A stretch of 64,000 nt of DNA from an uncultured Acidobacteriota bacterium (GTDB lineage: Bacteria; Acidobacteriota; Vicinamibacteria; Vicinamibacterales; 2-12-FULL-66-21): the NCBI GenBank assembly GCA_963797625.1, contig CAWCQI010000027.1, positions 192,774 to 256,773 on the forward strand, read 5' to 3'. The position numbers and the translations under genes are program-made. Positions 59,065 through 64,000 of this stretch are shown piece after piece; the first letter of the stretch is position 1, and each line of letters starts with the position of its first letter. The notes beneath the pieces were generated by a model. It searched no databases. It worked only from the letters and a program-made list of their open reading frames with translations, and was not told where the DNA came from.

Positions 59065-60022
59065 ATGACCGTACAGAGATGGAATCGCGCGGCAATTGCT
59101 CTACTGGCCCTGAGCTGGATGCTGTGTATGTCGGTGCCGGCCCTTGCGCAAACTGCTGTGTCGAGCGGCGACATTCAGCGTTTGCAGGACGAGGTGTACC
59201 AGGCCAGCGCCGACGTGTCGCGGTTGAGGACCACCGATGCGCTCCAGGCAGGCCGCCTGCAGGATGATCTCGACAGGCTGCGCGAAGACGTGATTTATCT
59301 CAAGGTGAAGCTGCGCAAAGAGAGCAGGGTGAGCCGCTCAGAGTACGACCAGGTTCGCGACGACCTCCTGGAGCTGCGTTCCCGCGCGCGAGGCGAGACG
59401 CGTCCACCGACCTCCGTGGGTAACGGCCCGACCTCCACGGGTGTCAGCGGCGGCTCTTCCGGATCGGCGCCGGTCTACGACGATCGGCCCCGCGCCACCA
59501 CCACCCGTGCTGGGCAAAGCGGGATTCCTGTCGGCCAGGAAATCGACGTGCGGATTCAGACGGAGCTGACGTCGGACACCGCTCAAGTCGAGGATCGGTT
59601 CGAGGCGACGACCGTGGTGGATCTGTATCAAGGCGATCGCGTGCATCATCCCGGCCGGCTCGGTGATGCGTGGGCTGGTCACGTCAGTGAATCGAGCGTC
59701 GCGCACCGATCGAAAGGGAAGCCTCACCGTCGCCTTCAATCAGATCACCGTTCGCGGCCGCAACTACCCAATGCGCGGCACGGTGACGGAGGCCATCGAG
59801 AGCTCGGGCATCAAAGGTGAGATCGGCCGGATCGGTGCGGGCTCAGCCGTCGGCGCCATCATCGGAGGCATCATCGGCGGCGCCAAAGGCGCGCTGATCG
59901 GCGTCCTGATTGGCGGCGGTGGCACGATGGTGGCGACAGAGGGGAAGGACGTGACCCTGCCGGCTGGAACGATCCTCCGCGTCAGGATGGATACGCCGCC
60001 AGAGATCAGCGCCGGAAGCTAG
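59065..60022 (+). CDS. secreted coiled-coil protein with C-terminal glycine-zipper region; +1 frameshift ~59644
   Basis: Signal peptide ..SVPALAQ and a coiled-coil region. ..LYQGDRV|IIPAGSVMRGLVTSV..GAIIGGIIGGAKGALIGVLIGGGG..LPAGTILRVRM joins ORFs 59065-59820 and 59663-60022. Confidence 0.5.
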
Positions 60023-61387
60023 CGGCGATACCAGTCCGGATGCTATTTCATGAGACGGTCCCGTGTTGTCCGTGTAATCCGCAGGCCCGTAGACCGCTCG
60101 CATAGCCTCGCGGGCGGCTTTGATTGTCCGCTGGACATCGCGCTCGGTGTGCGCCGCCGACAGGAACCAGGCCTCGAACTGCGACGGGGGCGGATAGATG
60201 CCCCGTTCGAGCATCGCGTGGAAGAAGCGGCCGTAGGCCCGGGTGTCGGCAGTCAGCGCCGACTGGTAGTCGACGACGGCCCGACTCGTGAAAAACGGGG
60301 TCAGCATCGATCCGAAGGCGTTCACTTGCAGGGGAACGCCCGCCTCCCTCGCGGCATCAGCGAGCCCGGCCGCCAACATCAACCCGTGTTTTGCCAGGTC
60401 GCGATAGAGCTTCGGCGAAAGTTCCTTCAACGACCACACGCCCGCTGTCATCGCCAGTGGGTTGCCCGAGAGGGTGCCCGCCTGGTAGACGGGGCCCGCC
60501 GGCGCGACGAGGTCCATGATGTCTGCGCGGCCGCCATACGCACCGACCGGCAAGCCTCCACCGATGATTTTTCCGAGGCACGTCAGGTCCGGACGAATCC
60601 CGGCGAGTTGCTGCGCGCCGCCGATCGACGCGCGAAATCCGGATATCACCTCGTCAAAGACGAGCAGCGCGTGTTCGCGATCGCACAGCGCGCGCAGCCC
60701 CTCCAGAAATCCCGGCTTGGGCGCTACCACGCCCATGTTGCCGGCAACCGGCTCGACGAAGACTGCGGCAATCTGTTTCGGGTTCTTTGCGAAGACGGCT
60801 TCGACCGAGGACAGATCGTTGTAACGCGCGATCAGCGTGTCTCGCGCCGCTCCAGACGAGACACCGGGGCTGGTCGGCACACCAAGCGTCATGGCCCCCG
60901 ATCCGGCCTGCACGAGAAACGCGTCGGCATGCCCGTGGTAGCAGCCTTCGAATTTGATGACGCGATCGCACCCGGTGGCCGCGCGGGCGACGCGGAGCGC
61001 ACTCATTGCCGCCTCGGTGCCCGAGCTGACGAAGCGGATCCGCTCCATCGAAGGCATGACGTTCGTCACGCGCGCGGCGAGCTCGGTTTCGAGCGCGGTC
61101 GGCGCGCCGAAGCTGGTGCCGCGAGCGGCCGCCGCGGCGAGTGCCTTGCGCAAGCGCGCCGGCGCGTGCCCGTGGATGAGCGGACCCCAGGACATCACGT
61201 AGTCAATGTAGGTGTTGCCGTCGACGTCCTCGAGCCGCGACCCCAGCGCTCTCGCCACGAAGATCGGGGATCCACCAACCGCCTTGAAGGCGCGCACCGG
61301 GCTGTCGACGCCGCCGGGAAGAAAACGACGCGCGTCGGCGAAGAGCTTCTCCGAGCGCGTGTACTTTGACCGCTTTCGCCGGATCAT
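59843..61387 (-). CDS. hemL: glutamate-1-semialdehyde 2,1-aminomutase; 3' end probably artefactually extended beyond ~60045
   Basis: Starts MIRRKRSKYTRSEKLF (ATG 61387). GGVDSPVRAF, FDEVISGFR. After ..AAREAMRAV the frame runs 65+ codons into the convergent gene. Both other frames stop at 60043-60050. Confidence 0.85.
   Translation of the reverse strand: MIRRKRSKYTRSEKLFADARRFLPGGVDSPVRAFKAVGGSPIFVARALGSRLEDVDGNTYIDYVMSWGPLIHGHAPARLRKALAAAAARGTSFGAPTALETELAARVTNVMPSMERIRFVSSGTEAAMSALRVARAATGCDRVIKFEGCYHGHADAFLVQAGSGAMTLGVPTSPGVSSGAARDTLIARYNDLSSVEAVFAKNPKQIAAVFVEPVAGNMGVVAPKPGFLEGLRALCDREHALLVFDEVISGFRASIGGAQQLAGIRPDLTCLGKIIGGGLPVGAYGGRADIMDLVAPAGPVYQAGTLSGNPLAMTAGVWSLKELSPKLYRDLAKHGLMLAAGLADAAREAGVPLQVNAFGSMLTPFFTSRAVVDYQSALTADTRAYGRFFHAMLERGIYPPPSQFEAWFLSAAHTERDVQRTIKAAREAMRAVYGPADYTDNTGPSHEIASGLVSPLASGADLWRRIHPDAEDRSSRQGHVLPLCRHHRATAANQDADQRAFGAADDASDDGADG
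60058..60081 (-). repeat. CACGGA-type 9-mers at the hemL 3' end (sense on minus strand)
   Basis: The minus strand reads cggattacacggacaacacgggac. Confidence 0.7.
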
Positions 61388-61435
61388 AGATCGACGAAGA
61401 TAGCATACGGACCGCGTGGACTGGCGCGTGGAGGA

Positions 61436-62269
61436 GTGATGACGATTCATGCCGCGGCGCGCGTGCTCGCGTTGGCCGCCGCCGGCGTCGGAGTCCTGCT
61501 GCTCTTGATATGGCTAGGGCAGCGCCGGATGATCTATTTTCCGTCTGGCACCGTGCCAGCCCCAGGCGACGTCGGTCTCCTCCGCGCCGAGCAGGTGAGG
61601 TTCGCCACCGACGATGGGTTGACGCTCAACGGATGGTTCGTGCCGGCCGGGCGGCCGGGTGCGGATACCGTCATCGTCTTCAACGGCAATGCCGGGAATC
61701 GCGCCTATCGATCCGACCTAGCCGCGTGGATGTCCACAGCGGGAATGGCGGTCCTGCTCTTCGACTACCGTGGCTACGCCGAGAATCCCGGCTCGCCGTC
61801 CGAGGAAGGCCTGGCGCTGGACGCTCGTGCGGCCCGACGCTACGTCGTTTCACGCCCCGACGTCGATGCGCGCCGGCTCGTGTACTTCGGCGAGTCCCTG
61901 GGATCGGGTGTGGCTGTCCGGCTGGCCGTCGAGCACCCACCCCGCGCGCTCGTCCTGCGTTCGCCCTTCACGTCGTTCGTGGACATGGGGCGCGTGCACT
62001 ATCCGTTCCTGCCCGTCGCCTGGCTGCTGCGGGATCGATATCCGTCAATCGATCGCATCGCGCAGGTCACGTGTCCAGTGCTCGTCATCGCAGGCGCCAA
62101 CGACACGCTCGTTCCGGCCGCGCAGAGTCGCCGCCTGTTCGACGCCGCGCATGAGCCGAAACACCTCCTGATTGTCGAAGGCGCGGATCACAACGATGAG
62201 GCGCTGGCCGCTGGCCAGCAGGTCGTCGCGGCGGTCACGATCTTCGTGAGGAGCCTTGGTGATCCCTAG
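61436..62269 (+). CDS. alpha/beta hydrolase (membrane-anchored)
   Basis: N-terminal TM helix; nucleophile elbow GESLGSG; VIAGANDTLVP; GADHND. Confidence 0.7.
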   Translation: MMTIHAAARVLALAAAGVGVLLLLIWLGQRRMIYFPSGTVPAPGDVGLLRAEQVRFATDDGLTLNGWFVPAGRPGADTVIVFNGNAGNRAYRSDLAAWMSTAGMAVLLFDYRGYAENPGSPSEEGLALDARAARRYVVSRPDVDARRLVYFGESLGSGVAVRLAVEHPPRALVLRSPFTSFVDMGRVHYPFLPVAWLLRDRYPSIDRIAQVTCPVLVIAGANDTLVPAAQSRRLFDAAHEPKHLLIVEGADHNDEALAAGQQVVAAVTIFVRSLGDP

Positions 62270-62331
62270 TGGACGTTCACCGCACGACCCGGAGACCGAA
62301 GAGATCGGCCGCTTCAATCACCGCCGGATCG

Positions 62332-62835
62332 TCAAGTGTGAGCGCCCGCACCGAGCGCAGCGCGCAGCTTTGTCGCGGCTCGATCGAACAGCGTGACGTT
62401 CATCCACAGCGCCTCATAGGTCGACCACCACTGCAAGCCAGCCGCGGCGGGATGAGCTGCGTGCAGATGACGTGCCTGCGGCTGCGTCATGTCTCGCTGA
62501 CGAGTGGCGACGACCGATGGCCGCAAACGCTCACGGCGAAGGACCACCGGATCGTCGAGATCGATGAGCTCGACAGGATCGGCCAGTTCCAACTCGGCCA
62601 GGCCGAGGGGGAGCCCGCGGCGGCGCAGCAACGAAGGGAGAAGTCGCTGGCCGCGGAACCGCGCGAGCTGTTCGGCGACCGACGAGAGGGCGCGAGTGGA
62701 GAGATACAGGCAGCCGAAAAGCTCAGGGTTGTCGTGCCGGCCCTCACCCTGGAACACCCGCGGAAACCAGAGCGGCCCATCAGCGGCCCGATCGTCCGCG
62801 CGGGCGTCCCACGCGAAGCAGCGGTAGAGGATCAC
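62332..62835 (-). CDS. RES-domain toxin
   Basis: GRHDNP..CLYLS..VAE..WWSTYE (R-E-S signature). GTG start in a GTGA overlap with the antitoxin stop. Confidence 0.8.
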   Translation of the reverse strand: MILYRCFAWDARADDRAADGPLWFPRVFQGEGRHDNPELFGCLYLSTRALSSVAEQLARFRGQRLLPSLLRRRGLPLGLAELELADPVELIDLDDPVVLRRERLRPSVVATRQRDMTQPQARHLHAAHPAAAGLQWWSTYEALWMNVTLFDRAATKLRAALGAGAHT

Positions 62836-63164
62836 GCGAAGCTGTCCGAGCGCTCGGCCCGAATCGCCCGCATCAGCTCCTCAGCGCGGCCCAGGCGAAT
62901 GAGATCAATCGGGCGGCGGTCTCCGAGCAGCGGGTTCACACCGAACAGCCACGCGAGTGCCGCGTCGCGCTCGTACAGACGGAGTACGTTCGACCAGACG
63001 AGCTCGAGCAGGTCGACTTTCTCGGCGTTGAGTGGGTCGATCCCGGCCCCCTGCAGCCAGCGCGTCACCTGGGAACGGCTGACCCCGAGGAGATCGGCCA
63101 ATTGCGCCGCCGAGCGGAAATCCGCTCGAAGCGCCTCAATCTTCTGGGCAAACGCCACCGGCAT
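62832..63164 (-). CDS. Xre-type HTH / DUF2384-like antitoxin (MbcA/ParS family)
   Basis: HTH LADLLGVSRSQVTRWL. C-terminal WLFGVNPLLGDRRPIDLIRLGRAEEL. Confidence 0.8.
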   Translation of the reverse strand: MPVAFAQKIEALRADFRSAAQLADLLGVSRSQVTRWLQGAGIDPLNAEKVDLLELVWSNVLRLYERDAALAWLFGVNPLLGDRRPIDLIRLGRAEELMRAIRAERSDSFA

Positions 63165-63175
63165 GTCTCATGATA

Positions 63176-63213
63176 GCGCAACAAAAACTGTTGCGCAACA
63201 GAAACTGTTGCGC
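63176..63213. promoter_or_regulatory. two overlapping palindromes, candidate antitoxin operator
   Basis: GCGCAACA-aaaa-CTGTTGCGCAACAG-aaa-CTGTTGCGC, starting 12 nt upstream of the antitoxin ATG. Confidence 0.55.
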
Positions 63214-63259
63214 TCGGCGGCACCGGGGCCCACGCGGCGGCCCGCGTCCGCCGCCGATC

Positions 63260-64000
63260 CTACGTCGTGCTCAGGAACGCCCGCAGGACCTCGAGCGTCT
63301 GCGTCTTGTTCTCGCGACGCACGTTGTGCCCCGCACCCTCGATGTGGACGATCTTCCCCTTCGGCAGCTTCGCGGCGACGTCCTCGTTCTGTTTTCGGAG
63401 ATCGCCCTGCGCGTCAGCCTTCAGGATCAGCGTTGGCGCGGTGATCTTCACGAAGAGCTCCGTGATCGGCGGCCGCGCTCCGGTCCCGATTGCCGCCGTG
63501 CCGGGATGATGCCGCCGTTTCGACGGCGCCCAGAACTCACACTCCGACTGTCCCCACTTGGGAGAGTTCTTCATGCAGCCGGCGACCAGCTCCTGCTCGC
63601 TCATGTTGTTGCGCGCGAGGATGGTGGCCTGCCGCTGCTCCACGGTCGGTGGCGTGGCGCCCGTCGCGGGCGTCGCCGGCCTGACGAGTGCCGGGTCCTC
63701 GAGGATGACCGCGCGTGGCACGTCGGGATACCTGGCGGCGAACTGCGCCACTGACGCGCTTCCCATCGAATGGCCCATCAGGATCGGTCGTTCCAGTTTC
63801 AGCGCCCTGATCAGGGCCGCAAGGTCCTCGACCTGTACGTCGGCCGGGTCGGACGGGGTCGGCGGATCCGACAACCCGTGTCCGCGCGCGTCGAACATGA
63901 TGATGTCGTAACTATCCTGGATTTCCTTGGCCAGATTCGTCCAGCACAACCCGTCGTCGGACGAGCCGTGAGCCATGACCATCGGTGGCCGGTTCCCGCC
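63260..64000 (-). CDS. alpha/beta hydrolase, 5' end outside the window
   Basis: MFDARGHGLSD, nucleophile GHSMGS, GAGHNV. The reading frame is open to the window edge. Confidence 0.65.
   Translation of the reverse strand, partial: GGNRPPMVMAHGSSDDGLCWTNLAKEIQDSYDIIMFDARGHGLSDPPTPSDPADVQVEDLAALIRALKLERPILMGHSMGSASVAQFAARYPDVPRAVILEDPALVRPATPATGATPPTVEQRQATILARNNMSEQELVAGCMKNSPKWGQSECEFWAPSKRRHHPGTAAIGTGARPPITELFVKITAPTLILKADAQGDLRKQNEDVAAKLPKGKIVHIEGAGHNVRRENKTQTLEVLRAFLSTT

Noticed and set aside
62270-64000. Genomic island or mobile element around the toxin-antitoxin pair
   Set aside because: No integrase, transposase, tRNA target or flanking direct repeats are visible, and composition looks like the rest of the window.

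Overview
GC-rich bacterial chromosomal window with strong GC3 bias, about 65 real genes on both strands in tightly packed operons. I found no rRNA, tRNA, CRISPR array or transposase/integrase. All calls come from reading the ORF translations for family motifs; no database search was possible. The taxon cannot be fixed from this alone. Gene content is compatible with a soil Acidobacteriota/Gemmatimonadota-like organism, but that is a guess.

Housekeeping content:
- A split pyrimidine regulon: pyrK-pyrD-pyrF on the minus strand; pyrR-pyrB-pyrC plus a PRTase paralogue on the plus strand; pyrE elsewhere.
- uppS-cdsA-dxr-rseP, ispG, hemL, truA, queE-queC, nth, cca, pal, and a TolC-like gene.
- A GldA/F/G-like ABC system followed by a DUF4340 gene.
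- An ArsR-type repressor with a P1B metal ATPase.
- A RES-Xre toxin-antitoxin pair.

Most interesting observations:
1. A compact bacterial-microcompartment (BMC) locus at 10168-13525. It encodes a class II aldolase with a C-terminal encapsulation-peptide-like helix, one BMC-H, three BMC-P, a small Cys-rich protein with an N-terminal encapsulation-peptide-like helix, and a 2-hydroxyacid dehydrogenase. No aldehyde dehydrogenase, phosphotransacylase or BMC-T is present in the window.
2. An ArsC/Spx-family gene missing from the ORF track (15827-16153, minus). It has a single in-frame TGA exactly at the first Cys of the CxxC redox motif, followed by a SECIS-like hairpin, so it is a candidate selenoprotein.
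3. At least 15 intergenic elements made of 7-11 nt tandem units, mostly arranged as long imperfect hairpins at gene ends. Two related palindromes sit in frame inside coding genes (truA and a DUF2723-like gene).
4. A three-gene operon pairing a LysW-like acidic zinc-ribbon protein with a LarE-like PP-loop ATPase and a DUF2723-like membrane protein.

Data-quality caveat: at least 22 genes, many of them essential, are broken by single-base frameshifts. Of these, 21 are +1 insertions, and conserved motifs and GC3 bias continue across each break. I read these as assembly or sequencing indels rather than real pseudogenes, and I give merged gene coordinates for them.
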